DNA from: Acidimicrobiia bacterium
GTDB lineage: Bacteria > Actinomycetota > Acidimicrobiia > Spongiisociales > ZC4RG35
DNA length: 64,000 bases
Direction of reading: 5' to 3'
Assembly: GCA_035292685.1 (NCBI GenBank)
Contig: DATDPP010000079.1
Span: forward strand, 170,971-234,970
Shown here: piece by piece, positions 28,853 to 38,807 of the stretch
How the letters are laid out: every line of letters begins with the position of its first letter
Numbering within the stretch: the stretch's first letter is position 1
Notes under the pieces: model-generated
Database searches by the model: none
What the model was told of the DNA's origin: nothing
Seen by the model: the letters and a program-made list of their open reading frames with translations, nothing else
Position numbers and translations under genes: made by a program

Positions 28853-30382
28853 GTGAGCAGCATCATCATCGACGGCGGTCCCCTGAGCCGGGCCGATGTG
28901 ATAGCGGTTGCCCGCGATGGGGCGAGCGTGTCTGCCGGCCCGCTGCTGGCTGGGCGGATGGCACCCGCCAGAGAGGTAGTGCAGCGAGCCGTCGATTCCG
29001 ATGAGGTGGTCTATGGGATCACCACCGGGTTCGGCGCCTTGGCCTCGACTCACATCGGTCGCGACCAGACCGAGGCCCTGCAGTACAACCTGATCCGCTC
29101 ACATGCGGCGGGAGTCGGAGAGCCCCTCGACGACATCCTGGTTCGGGCGATGCTCCTGCTCCGGGCCCGCACCCTGGCCCAGGGGCATTCGGGAGTGCGG
29201 CCTGAGATCGTGGAGCGGCTCCTCGAGATGCTGAACTCAGGGATGCTCCCCGTGGTGCCGTCCCAGGGCTCGGTTGGCGCCTCCGGGGACCTCGCGCCTT
29301 TCGCCCATCTTGCCCTTCCTTTGATTGGCGAGGGGAAGGTCCGATGGAACGGCCGGGTTCTCACGGGCGCGGACGCGCTGGCTGAAGCCGGTCTGGAGCC
29401 GTTGCGACTCCACACCAAAGAGGGGCTCTCCCTGCTCAATGGCACCGAGGGGATGACGGCGATGGGAATCCTGGCCCACGATCAAGCCACAGTGCTCCTG
29501 ATGGCAGCGGACATCGCCTGTGCCCTCACGGTCGAGGCCGTGATGGGCAGTGCCCGGCCCTTCCGGCCGGAAGTCCATGCTGTCCGACCGCACCCCGGGC
29601 AGGTTCGCTCGGCCCGCCGCATCGCGGCGCTTCTGGCAGGAAGTGAGATCAGTGCCAGCCATGCCGACGATTTCCGGCACGCCGTTCAGGACGCCTACTC
29701 CTTGCGTTGCGCGCCCCAGGTCCACGGTGCGGTGGCTGACACCCTCGACCACATGGGGCGGGTCCTCGAGGTCGAAATGGGCTCGGTGGTGGACAACCCG
29801 ATCGTCTTCCCCGACACCGCCGAGGTTATCTCGGCGGGGAACTTCCATGGCCAGCCGTTGGCCTTCGTTCTCGACTTCTGCGCCATCGCCGTCACCGAGC
29901 TGGGCTCCATCTCGGAACGCCGGACCGATCGCATGCTCGACCCGACCCGCTCCGCCGGCCTCCCCGCCTTTCTCTCACCGGATCCGGGGGTCAACTCCGG
30001 CTACATGATCAGCCAATACACCCAGGCTGCCCTGGTGGCCGAGAATCGCGTCCTCTCCCACCCGGCATCGGTTGAGTCCATCCCCACCTCGGGGATGCAG
30101 GAGGATCACGTCTCCATGGGTTGGGGGGCCGGGCGCAAGCTGTTCCCGGTGCTCGACAACACTCGCCGGGTGCTCGCGGTGGAGATGCTTTGTGCGGCAC
30201 AAGCACTCGAATTCAGAAAACCGCTTCACCCTGCCCCCGGCACGGCGGCAGTAGTCGCCCTGATCCGTAAGCATGTTTCTCCGTTGACCGAGGATCGCTC
30301 GCTGGCCGACGAGATCGAGACCGTGGCCGAGCTGATCGCCTCCGGCGAGATAGCGACGGTGGTCACCGGGCACACCGGATGA
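28853..30382 (+). CDS. hutH: Histidine ammonia-lyase (MIO-dependent).
   Basis: GASGDLAPFAHL (MIO-forming Ala-Ser-Gly) plus family-wide similarity. GTG start at 28853 inferred; directly coupled to hutI. Confidence 0.88.
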   Translation: MSSIIIDGGPLSRADVIAVARDGASVSAGPLLAGRMAPAREVVQRAVDSDEVVYGITTGFGALASTHIGRDQTEALQYNLIRSHAAGVGEPLDDILVRAMLLLRARTLAQGHSGVRPEIVERLLEMLNSGMLPVVPSQGSVGASGDLAPFAHLALPLIGEGKVRWNGRVLTGADALAEAGLEPLRLHTKEGLSLLNGTEGMTAMGILAHDQATVLLMAADIACALTVEAVMGSARPFRPEVHAVRPHPGQVRSARRIAALLAGSEISASHADDFRHAVQDAYSLRCAPQVHGAVADTLDHMGRVLEVEMGSVVDNPIVFPDTAEVISAGNFHGQPLAFVLDFCAIAVTELGSISERRTDRMLDPTRSAGLPAFLSPDPGVNSGYMISQYTQAALVAENRVLSHPASVESIPTSGMQEDHVSMGWGAGRKLFPVLDNTRRVLAVEMLCAAQALEFRKPLHPAPGTAAVVALIRKHVSPLTEDRSLADEIETVAELIASGEIATVVTGHTG

Positions 30383-31554
30383 CCGACCTGCTCCTCACCG
30401 GTATCGGGAGGCTGGTGACAAACAGCGGCCCGCCTCTGCACGACGCCGAAGTGGCTATCGAGAACGGCCGGATCATCCATGCCGGCACGGGGGGTGATGC
30501 CCCTTCGCAGGGGTCGGGTGAGCGGATCGACTGTGAAGGCCGAACCGTGATCCCCGGATTCGTCGACGCCCATACCCATCTGGTGTTCGCCGGGGATCGC
30601 GCCGACGAGTTCGCAGGGCGTCTCGCCGGGGCCGGCTACACCGGCGGGGGCATACTCTCCACGGTGGCGGCGACCAGAGCCGCCCCCGAAGAGGACCTCT
30701 TCCGGGAGGTGGCGGGCCGGGTCCGCAGAATGATCGCCGGGGGCACCACCACCGTGGAGGTGAAGTCCGGATACGGGTTACAGCTGGACACGGAGCTGAG
30801 AATGCTCCGGGTGGCTCGCCGTCTCGCCGCGGAGCTGCCCATCACTGTCAGGACCACCTTTCTTGGGGCCCACACCGTCCCCGGCGAGTTCGGCGACGAT
30901 CCGGGTGGATACGTCGACCTGGTCGTGGAGGAGATGCTGCCGGTGGTCGCCTCCGAGGCCGACTACTGCGATGTCTTCGTTGAGGAAGGCGCCTTCGACG
31001 TCGACCAGGCGAGACGGATCCTGAAGGCAGCCGCGGCCCACGGCCTGGCGGCGCGGGTTCACGCCGAGCAGCTGACCCATAGCGGTGGCGCCCGGCTGGC
31101 CGCCGAGCTGGGGGCGATGTCGGCCGATCATCTCGATCTAGCGACCGAGGAGGATGCCGAGGCACTGGCCGGCGCCGGTGTCAGCGCCGTCCTCACCCCC
31201 GGGGCCTCGTACTCCCTGCGCAAACCGCAGGCGCCGGGACCGATGCTCCTCGATCATGGTGTGATCGTCGCCCTCGCCACCGATTGCAACCCGGGAACGT
31301 CCTATTTCGAGTCGATGGGCCCGGTTATCTCGCTGGCTTGTGTCCAGATGGGGCTCACCGTCCAACAGGCGGTCTTCGCCGCCACCCGGGGCGGGGCCAT
31401 CGCCCTCGGACTCGACGACCACGGGGTCTTGGAGCCCGGTGCAGTCGGCGACCTGGTGATACTCGACGCCCCTTCGGAGTCCCACCTCGCCTACCGACCC
31501 GCCACCAACCTGGTGTGGAAGACGATCAAGGATGGTGCCGTGGTCGTCGGCTGA
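30379..31554 (+). CDS. hutI: Imidazolonepropionase.
   Basis: PGFVDAHTHLVFAG, a metal-binding His pair and an amidohydrolase-fold C-terminus (ATDCNPG). Confidence 0.85.
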   Translation: MTDLLLTGIGRLVTNSGPPLHDAEVAIENGRIIHAGTGGDAPSQGSGERIDCEGRTVIPGFVDAHTHLVFAGDRADEFAGRLAGAGYTGGGILSTVAATRAAPEEDLFREVAGRVRRMIAGGTTTVEVKSGYGLQLDTELRMLRVARRLAAELPITVRTTFLGAHTVPGEFGDDPGGYVDLVVEEMLPVVASEADYCDVFVEEGAFDVDQARRILKAAAAHGLAARVHAEQLTHSGGARLAAELGAMSADHLDLATEEDAEALAGAGVSAVLTPGASYSLRKPQAPGPMLLDHGVIVALATDCNPGTSYFESMGPVISLACVQMGLTVQQAVFAATRGGAIALGLDDHGVLEPGAVGDLVILDAPSESHLAYRPATNLVWKTIKDGAVVVG

Positions 31555-31612
31555 TTCGGCCCGAACCTTCGAATCGAATAGATTCGACGGCCTTCCGAAC
31601 TGGAGATTCCAA

Positions 31613-32056
31613 ATGCGTAACGCACTGCTGTTCTTTCACATCGTCGGAGTGGCCGGGTGGCTGGGGGCAGGGGCCCACAGCCTCATCACCCACTCCACGG
31701 TGGCCCGTCTGGAGCCTCCGGCCGGCAGGGAGGCGCTCAGGACATTCGAGAAGAAGGCCACCTTGTATTTCTCGGTGACATCAGGGCTCGTCATCCTCTC
31801 CGGAGTGGGCCTGGTGATGACGTCGGACGACTATGGGTGGGGCGACACTTTCGTCCTGATCGGGCTGGGCGCCTTCGTCGTGTCGGGCGTGATCCAATCC
31901 GTTGTGGGGAGGAAGAACAACGAGCGTCTGCTCGAGGCCGCCACGAGTGGTGCGGATGTGGAGCCGGCGGTGAGAGCGTGGCAAAGAGGATCGATGTGGG
32001 ATTTCCTCGTCCTCTTCGTCGCCATCTGGACGATGATCACCAAGCTCGGCGCTTGA
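31613..32056 (+). CDS. Small integral membrane protein of unknown function.
   Basis: Four hydrophobic helices. Start taken at MRNALLFF. Confidence 0.4.
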   Translation: MRNALLFFHIVGVAGWLGAGAHSLITHSTVARLEPPAGREALRTFEKKATLYFSVTSGLVILSGVGLVMTSDDYGWGDTFVLIGLGAFVVSGVIQSVVGRKNNERLLEAATSGADVEPAVRAWQRGSMWDFLVLFVAIWTMITKLGA

Positions 32057-32066
32057 ACGACGAACC

Positions 32067-33116
32067 ATGGATCGGCTCAAGACCGAGGCCTTTCTCGACC
32101 GCTTTCTCGAACTCGCCTCGGGAGCCACCACCATCGGGCTGCTGGCCGTTGCCGATCGGACTGGTCTCTCCAGGTATCTGGGCGGCGGCAACGGGGGCAC
32201 CAGTGAGGAGATAGCCGAAGGTGCCGGCCTCGACCCGAGATACGTCCGGGAGATCCTCTCCGGCCTCACCGCGGCCGGGGTGGTGGATTATGACCCCGAT
32301 ACCGGACGATTCGAGCTTCCACCTGAGCACGCCCAATTCGTCTCCGATGAGTACAGCCCGTATTTCATGGGCGGGTGGTTCGACATCATCCCGGCGGTCA
32401 TGTCTCAACTCGATGCAATCGCCGATGCCACGGTTCATGGGGGTGGTGTCGGTTTCGAGCAGTTCGGCCCGGCGTTGCTCCGTGGTGTCGACAGGGGCAA
32501 CGGCCCCTCGCAACGCGTCTTTCTCACCCAGCGCTGGCTTCCGGCGGTTCCCGGCCTGGCCGGGCGATTGGAAGCCGGGATCCGGGTTGCCGACGTCGGT
32601 TGCGGGGCGGGCATTGCGACGATCCTCATCGCCCGGGCATTCCCCAACTGTCAGGTCTTTGGCTTCGACATCTCGGGGTCCTCGATCGACGTTGCCTTGG
32701 AGCGGTCGAAAGCCATTGCCAACGCCACCTTCCAGACTGCCGGTGTCGAGAACATCCCGGTCGACCCGGGTTTCGACTTGATCACCACTTTCGATGTGAT
32801 CCACGACCTCGCCGACCCCCTGGCCGGTCTGCGCCGGATTCGTGAAGCGCTCGCAGAAGACGGTCTCTATTTGATGATGGAGCCCAACGCCAGCTCCGAT
32901 CTGGAGGAGAACCTGCACTCGCGTGGAGCCCTGCTGTACGGGATCTCGACACTGCACTGTATGACCCAGTCACTGGCCGAAGGAGGTCAAGGGCTGGGCG
33001 CCGCCTGGGGCCGGCAAATGGCTGAGGGTTACGCGGCAGACGCCGGGTTCAGCCGCTTCGAGGTGTTGGAGGACATCAGCAACCGCTTCTCGGCCTTCTA
33101 TCTGCTCCGGCCCTAG
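32067..33116 (+). CDS. Class I SAM-dependent (O-)methyltransferase with an N-terminal dimerisation/winged-helix domain.
   Basis: VADVGCGAGIATILIA (motif I), FDLITTFDVIHD and an N-terminal region like plant/actinomycete O-MTases. Confidence 0.7.
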   Translation: MDRLKTEAFLDRFLELASGATTIGLLAVADRTGLSRYLGGGNGGTSEEIAEGAGLDPRYVREILSGLTAAGVVDYDPDTGRFELPPEHAQFVSDEYSPYFMGGWFDIIPAVMSQLDAIADATVHGGGVGFEQFGPALLRGVDRGNGPSQRVFLTQRWLPAVPGLAGRLEAGIRVADVGCGAGIATILIARAFPNCQVFGFDISGSSIDVALERSKAIANATFQTAGVENIPVDPGFDLITTFDVIHDLADPLAGLRRIREALAEDGLYLMMEPNASSDLEENLHSRGALLYGISTLHCMTQSLAEGGQGLGAAWGRQMAEGYAADAGFSRFEVLEDISNRFSAFYLLRP

Positions 33117-33123
33117 GGGCTGG

Positions 33124-34974
33124 CTACCAGGCCCCACCACCCCCGCCGCCACCACCGCCACCGCCACCACCGGAGAACCCGCCCCCGCCGCCGCTGGACG
33201 GAGGGGTGAAGGCGCCGGCCAGGGCTGATTGGATCCCGGCAAATGCGTTCTCGCTGTGACCACCCGAATAGCCGTAGTTGCCGAACCAGTAGATCGACGA
33301 TGTGGTCTCTAGCTCCGGGGGGGCGTGAAGCCTGGCCTGTGCTAGGACCTCGGAGGCAACCCCGAACACGATGGCGTAGACCAGGAAGCGGTCCCAGAGC
33401 TCCAGTGAGATCGGAGGCGCCTCTTCGAGCCTCGAGAAGTCAGATAGGTACTTGCGGAACGCCTCCCAACGCGCCGACTCCAAGGCTCCTTCCTTCGAAC
33501 GGCGGCTCCGGACCCGGCGGAAGCTGAGGAGGATGAAGAGCATTATCGCCGCCACCAACAGGCCGATCGAGATCAAGGCCGCGATCACCTCCCCGCCGGG
33601 GATGTTGGACAACAACCGGGGCAGAAGGAAGAAGGAGCCGAGCACCGCTCCCGCCATGATCAGACGGGCCGCCCACGACACCCCGTAGCCGGAGTCGTCC
33701 AACAGGCCGCTGCTCCGCACCGCTCCCAGAGCCTGATTCCGGAAGCTCTTGTAGCTCTCGGCGTTGGCTGCGGCGTCGTCTCTGATCGCCTCCCGAAACT
33801 CGTGAAGGGGGCGAGGCCCCAGTTCCAGCACCCGACGAACCACCGTCATCACAGACTGCTCGAAATCCCGAAGCTCGGTCTCCTTCTCGGGCACAGACAG
33901 CACCAGGTCGGTGATCGTCTCCGTTCTGAGACCGGCCCAAGTGACCCGCTCGACCTGGGACGGGCTGGCCTCGATCACCCCTCGCCGAATTAGGTCGAAC
34001 ATCGTGGCAGTGAATTCCTTTTCGGTGACGCTGCCCTGGGACACCAGCGCCCCGACCTCGCCTGGGGTCAGTGCGGACGGAGGCTCCTGTTCGTACTCGC
34101 GGTCATAGTCGATCCTGGGCTCTCGCCCGTATCTCAAGTAGACAAAGCCACCGAGGCCGAGCGCGGTGAGGAGGGCAAGGACGGAACCCCAGATCAGACC
34201 GGTGCGCCCGGCCCGCGCCGCCTGTTGTTCGTCGCCAGCAAAAGCCTCTTCTTCGGCAAGGATCGTGGGCAGCCCGTCCCCGGCGACCACCGTTGCCCCG
34301 TCTGTCGATGACAGGACATCCCGGGGGAACACCACACGCATCTCGACCCACTGCTCCGGCGGGATGCTGCTCGCCTCCAACGAAGGCGAGACCTTATCCT
34401 CGCCCAATGAGGTCTCCCCGTTGACCCCGAAGGGGTGGCCCCAAACCCTCACCTCGCCGGGCACCGGGTTGCCGGGCAGGTCCTCCGTCGCGTGGAGACG
34501 ATCGAGGCCGACCGCCCATTGATCACCCCAGACCTGGAGATTCACGTCGACCACATCGTCATAGACCGTGGTGAGCCCGCTGATCTCATAGGAGACACGG
34601 AAGGTACGGTTCTCGTTCAGGCTGGCGTGATGCCAGACGATTCGCACCAGGTCGTTGAACTCAGCAACGCCGTACGTTCCGGGAGGGGAGGAGCACCCCA
34701 GCTCTGTGCATCCTCCAAGGGCATAGGCAATCGTCTCGTCACTGACTGTGATCGATGAAATCTGCTCTCCGGGGCGCAGGGGGATGTCGCGATAGGCGCC
34801 CGAGAAGTCACCCGAGAAAGAGAAGGTGAGGAATTCGGTCACCGCCAGCGACCCGTCATCGTTGACCACGACCTCGATATCGGCGTTGGTCAGCCAGAAC
34901 GACTTGGCGAAGGCGGCCGTCGCCGGGCCGACTACGAGAAGGAGGATCAGGGCGAGCCGGGTGAGACGGCTCAA
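33124..34974 (-). CDS. DUF2207-family membrane protein with a poly-Gly C-terminal tail.
   Basis: Signal peptide, a large extracytoplasmic domain, two TM helices and C-terminal SSGGGGGFSGGGGGGGGGGGGGAW, as in DUF2207 proteins. Immediately downstream of the LemA gene. Confidence 0.65.
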   Translation of the reverse strand: MSRLTRLALILLLVVGPATAAFAKSFWLTNADIEVVVNDDGSLAVTEFLTFSFSGDFSGAYRDIPLRPGEQISSITVSDETIAYALGGCTELGCSSPPGTYGVAEFNDLVRIVWHHASLNENRTFRVSYEISGLTTVYDDVVDVNLQVWGDQWAVGLDRLHATEDLPGNPVPGEVRVWGHPFGVNGETSLGEDKVSPSLEASSIPPEQWVEMRVVFPRDVLSSTDGATVVAGDGLPTILAEEEAFAGDEQQAARAGRTGLIWGSVLALLTALGLGGFVYLRYGREPRIDYDREYEQEPPSALTPGEVGALVSQGSVTEKEFTATMFDLIRRGVIEASPSQVERVTWAGLRTETITDLVLSVPEKETELRDFEQSVMTVVRRVLELGPRPLHEFREAIRDDAAANAESYKSFRNQALGAVRSSGLLDDSGYGVSWAARLIMAGAVLGSFFLLPRLLSNIPGGEVIAALISIGLLVAAIMLFILLSFRRVRSRRSKEGALESARWEAFRKYLSDFSRLEEAPPISLELWDRFLVYAIVFGVASEVLAQARLHAPPELETTSSIYWFGNYGYSGGHSENAFAGIQSALAGAFTPPSSGGGGGFSGGGGGGGGGGGGGAW

Positions 34975-34975
34975 C

Positions 34976-35518
34976 TCAGAAGTCGACGGTCGGGGCTTGC
35001 TCCGCCTCCGGGCCCGCCTCGAAAAACTCTCGGATCGTGAAGCCGGCGATCCCGGCCACCAGGTTGGTGGGTATCTGCTGAACCGTGTTGTTGTAGGTGA
35101 GCACCGAGTCGTTGTAGATCTGTCGGGAGACCGCGATCTTGTTCTCGGTTTCCGCCAGCTCAGCCTGGAGACCCTGGAAGTTCTCCGACGCCCGAAGCTC
35201 TGGATAGGCCTCGGCCACGGCGAACAACTGCCGCAGCGCCTGGGTGAGAAAGCCTTCGGCCTGGGCCGCTTCCGCCGGCCCGGCTGCCGACGCCGCGGCG
35301 TTACGGGCCTGAGTCACCCGCTCGAATGTCTGCTGCTCATGGGAGGCATAGCCCTTGACTGTTTCCACCAGATTGGGGATCAGGTCGTACCGCCGCTTCA
35401 GCTGAACCTCCACCTGTCCCCAGGCGTTGTCCACCCGGTTTCGGGCTTTGATCAGGCGGTTGTAGATGAGGGCGACGAAGAGAAGGAGAACAGCGACTAT
35501 GCCAACGATCCACCACAT
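34976..35518 (-). CDS. LemA family protein.
   Basis: N-terminal TM helix then LIKARNRVDNAWGQVEVQLKRRYDLIPNLVETVKGYASHEQ, which is the classic LemA signature. Confidence 0.82.
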   Translation of the reverse strand: MWWIVGIVAVLLLFVALIYNRLIKARNRVDNAWGQVEVQLKRRYDLIPNLVETVKGYASHEQQTFERVTQARNAAASAAGPAEAAQAEGFLTQALRQLFAVAEAYPELRASENFQGLQAELAETENKIAVSRQIYNDSVLTYNNTVQQIPTNLVAGIAGFTIREFFEAGPEAEQAPTVDF

Positions 35519-35549
35519 GTTGCGGAGTGTAGGGGGGCCGCCCGGTCAT

Positions 35550-36206
35550 TCACCGCTTCGGCGGCGGTTCCAAAGCGTCGACAGCAGCCGCCCACTCCCC
35601 GGGCAACTCGACGCCGGGTCGGGACATGAGCCGAAGATAGAGCTCGGACCCGGTTCCCTCGACGATGCGCTCTGGCTTGCCGTCACCGAATACCCAGGAA
35701 CGACCGAGGTCGGTGGCGGTGACTGAGATCGTAGGGACCGGGGCAAGCCGGGGCAGCCACATGTCGGGGAACTCGTCCAGGCCCGCGACGGCCACCACAT
35801 CCAGCAACGGCCTCTCCTCGTCCCAGGCCTGTTCGGCGTCCCAGCGATGAAGCCCGGCCTCGATCAACATCCGGCGCTCCCAGAACCCAACCGTCGGGTG
35901 GGGGCCAAACCCCCACACCACGGCATCGGGGTCGGTGCTGGCCAATGCCTCCAGCGTCGTCTCCAGAGTCTCCAAGAACCATCGCGAGACGTCGCCGTGG
36001 AGCGGCAGTTGGGGGCCGGACACCCGTTCCTGGGCCAGGTCAACACAAACGATGGCGGTGCGGCCGTAAACCCAGGCAAGATGGGAGAGGAGATCGGCCA
36101 TCGTCCAACCCGGGTACTGGGGGACCATGTGCTCCAAATCACGGTTGGCCACATCGAGGATGGTCATGGCCTCGGAGCGGATCACCTCCCGCTCAGCCGA
36201 GGGCAT
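35550..36206 (-). CDS. TIGR03083 / mycothiol-dependent maleylpyruvate-isomerase N-domain (DinB_2-like) protein.
   Basis: [14 protein letters not shown]...HRWDAEQA is the DinB/YfiT-like pattern. Start uncertain: 36245, 36206 and 36167 are all possible. Confidence 0.5.
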   Translation of the reverse strand: MPSAEREVIRSEAMTILDVANRDLEHMVPQYPGWTMADLLSHLAWVYGRTAIVCVDLAQERVSGPQLPLHGDVSRWFLETLETTLEALASTDPDAVVWGFGPHPTVGFWERRMLIEAGLHRWDAEQAWDEERPLLDVVAVAGLDEFPDMWLPRLAPVPTISVTATDLGRSWVFGDGKPERIVEGTGSELYLRLMSRPGVELPGEWAAAVDALEPPPKR

Positions 36207-37116
36207 GGAGCATCGCCTCACCCATCTCCGAAGGGGACGGGGCAATTACGATCCCGGCGGCCTTCATCGCCTCGATCTTGGCCGCCGCGGTCCCCCGGCC
36301 GCCCGACACGATGGCCCCGGCATGACCCATCCGCTTCCCGGGCGGGGCACTGGTTCCGGCGATGAACCCGGCGACCGGTTTTGTCATCTTGGACGCCACG
36401 AATTCGGCGGCCTCCTCCTCGGCGGTGCCACCGATCTCGCCGATCATTACGACGCCTTCGGTCTCCGGATCGTCCAGGAACATCCGCAGCACGTCGACGA
36501 AGCTGGTCCCGTTGACCGGGTCGCCACCGATGCCAACCGCGGTGGTCTGGCCCAGGCCGAGCAAGGTGAGCTGGTGGACGGCCTCGTAGGTCAGGGTCCC
36601 CGACCGTGAGATCACCCCGACCCGTCCCCGCTGGTGGATGTAGCCGGGCATGATCCCGATCTTGCACTCCCCTGGGGTGGTCACGCCCGGGCAATTGGGG
36701 CCTATGAGACGGGTCGTCTTGTCGGACAGATACCGCTTGGCCCGGATCATGTCCGCCACCGGGATGCCCTCGGTGATCGCCACCGCCAGCTCGAGGCCGG
36801 CGGCGGCGGCCTCCATGATGGCGTCGGCTGCGAACGGTGGGGGAACGTAGATCACGGAGGCGGTGGCCCCGCTGGCCGCCACGGCCTCCTTGACGGTGGC
36901 AAACACCGGCAGGTCGGTCGAATAGCCGTCATCACGACCGGGGACACCGGAGTGATCGGTCTCACCCTCGAAATGGAAGACCGTGCCCGCCCGTGATGGA
37001 TGGACCGCGGCCACCATCTGGGTGCCATAGGCGATCGCATTGTCGGTATGCAACTGGCCGGTCTTGCCGAGACCTTGCACCAGCACCCGGGTGCTCTTGT
37101 CGACCAGGATGCTCAT
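36193..37116 (-). CDS. sucD: Succinyl-CoA ligase (ADP-forming), alpha subunit.
   Basis: [21 protein letters not shown] and MGHAGAIV (active-site His loop). Confidence 0.9.
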   Translation of the reverse strand: MSILVDKSTRVLVQGLGKTGQLHTDNAIAYGTQMVAAVHPSRAGTVFHFEGETDHSGVPGRDDGYSTDLPVFATVKEAVAASGATASVIYVPPPFAADAIMEAAAAGLELAVAITEGIPVADMIRAKRYLSDKTTRLIGPNCPGVTTPGECKIGIMPGYIHQRGRVGVISRSGTLTYEAVHQLTLLGLGQTTAVGIGGDPVNGTSFVDVLRMFLDDPETEGVVMIGEIGGTAEEEAAEFVASKMTKPVAGFIAGTSAPPGKRMGHAGAIVSGGRGTAAAKIEAMKAAGIVIAPSPSEMGEAMLHALG

Positions 37117-38336
37117 CGGGTCAACTCCAGGATCTTCTCTGCGCCATCGAGCAGGTTGTCGGCGGCCACCAGGTCGAGCCCCGAGTCCTTGAGAATCTGC
37201 CTCCCGAGTTCGACGTTGGTTCCCTCGAGCCGCACCACGAGTGGGACCTTCAGACCCACTCGCTCGACCGCCTCGATGATCCCGGTGGCGATCACATCAC
37301 AGCGCATGATCCCGCCGAAGATGTTCACGAAGATCCCCTTCACATCGGGGTCACTGGTGATGATCTGGAAGCCGGTCGCCACCTGGTCGGCATCTGCCCC
37401 TCCGCCGACGTCGAGGAAGTTGGCCGGCTCACCCCCGACTTGCTTGATGGTGTCCATGGTCGCCATCGCCAGTCCCGCCCCGTTCACCAGACAGCCGATG
37501 GTGCCATCGAGCTTGATGTAGCTGAGCCCTGACTCCCGGGCCGCGATCTCGGCCGGGTCCTCCTCACTGGTGTCGCGCATCGCGGCGACATCGGGATGGC
37601 GGTAGAGGGCGTTGTCGTCGAAGCCCATCTTCCCGTCGAGGGCGATGACGCGGCCCTCGGTGGTGACCACGAGCGGGTTGATCTCGATCAGGTCGGTGTC
37701 CAGATCGGTGGCCGTGGCGACCAGCGCCTTGACGAAGAGCCCGAAATCGGCGGAGGTATCGCCGCTCAAGCCAAGCTCGTAGGACAACTCGTTGGCCTGA
37801 AAATCGGCAAACCCGATAACCGGATCGACTTCTTCCCTCAAGATCCGCTCCGGCGTCTCCGCGGCCACCTTCTCGATGTCCATCCCGCCTTCCGTCGAGG
37901 CCATCACGACATTCCGGCTGATGGCGCGGTCGAGAAGCACGGCGAGATAGAGCTCGCGGTCGATGTCGATCCCCTGCTCGAGGTAGAGACGGTTCACGAC
38001 CTTGCCCTCCGAGCCGGTCTGGATCGTGACCAGCGTCGATCCCAGCATCTTCCCGGCCAGCTCACGGACCTTTTCCTCGGCTGCCTCAGGCCCGCCTTCG
38101 ATGCCTTCGGTGATGACGCTGACGCCCGAGACCTCAGGATGCTCGAGGAAGGTGCCCTTTCCCCTGCCCCCGGCGTGGATCTGGGACTTGAGGACCAGGA
38201 CCGGATTGCCGGACTCCTCCATCAGCGGCCGCACCGCGGCAACCGCCTCGTCCACCGTGACCGCCACCCGGCCCAGGGGCACCGGGATCGCTCTGGCAGC
38301 CAGTAGCTGTTTCGCCTGGTACTCGTGGATCTTCAA
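37113..38336 (-). CDS. sucC: Succinyl-CoA ligase, beta subunit.
   Basis: [15 protein letters not shown]-grasp fold and C-terminal [10 protein letters not shown]. Confidence 0.9.
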   Translation of the reverse strand: MKIHEYQAKQLLAARAIPVPLGRVAVTVDEAVAAVRPLMEESGNPVLVLKSQIHAGGRGKGTFLEHPEVSGVSVITEGIEGGPEAAEEKVRELAGKMLGSTLVTIQTGSEGKVVNRLYLEQGIDIDRELYLAVLLDRAISRNVVMASTEGGMDIEKVAAETPERILREEVDPVIGFADFQANELSYELGLSGDTSADFGLFVKALVATATDLDTDLIEINPLVVTTEGRVIALDGKMGFDDNALYRHPDVAAMRDTSEEDPAEIAARESGLSYIKLDGTIGCLVNGAGLAMATMDTIKQVGGEPANFLDVGGGADADQVATGFQIITSDPDVKGIFVNIFGGIMRCDVIATGIIEAVERVGLKVPLVVRLEGTNVELGRQILKDSGLDLVAADNLLDGAEKILELTR

Positions 38337-38761
38337 GTGGTTCCCCTCTCCAACCTGGCACGCGATGGGACGTGATCGTCGACCCAGTCGGTGATCTCAT
38401 CCAGGGGCGCCCCCGGTGTGAACACCGCCGCCAGCCCGGCCTCGACCAGGCCGGCGATGTCGGCATCGGGGATCACCCCACCGCCGAACACGACGATGTC
38501 CGATGCCTGACGGGACGCCAACTCGGTGACTACCTGGGGGAACAGGGTGCGATGCGCCCCGGAAAGCGAGGAGAGACCCACCGCATCGACATCCTCTTGG
38601 ACCGCGGTTTCGGCGATCTGGGCCGGGGTCTGGTGGAGACCCGAGTAGATGACCTCGAACCCGGCATCACGCAACGCCCTGGCAACGACCTTGGCGCCCC
38701 GATCGTGACCATCGAGACCAGGCTTTGCGATGAGGATGCGGCGAGGCATGCGGGGCGCCAA
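38333..38761 (-). CDS. Cobalamin (B12)-binding domain protein (methylmalonyl-CoA mutase small/C-terminal-like).
   Basis: ILIAKPGLDGHDRGAKVVARALRDAGFEVIY (DxHxxG B12-binding motif). Confidence 0.7.
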   Translation of the reverse strand: MAPRMPRRILIAKPGLDGHDRGAKVVARALRDAGFEVIYSGLHQTPAQIAETAVQEDVDAVGLSSLSGAHRTLFPQVVTELASRQASDIVVFGGGVIPDADIAGLVEAGLAAVFTPGAPLDEITDWVDDHVPSRARLERGTT

Positions 38762-38807
38762 GGCTAGTGCCGTAGAGACATCCCCAAGCCTCCCCTACGC
38801 TTTGGAA

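Noticed and set aside
33124-33200. GGCGGCGGC/CCGCCGCC microsatellite-like tract that could be mistaken for a repeat array.
   Set aside because: It encodes the poly-Gly C-terminal tail of the DUF2207 protein. It is coding low complexity, not CRISPR or VNTR-like intergenic DNA.
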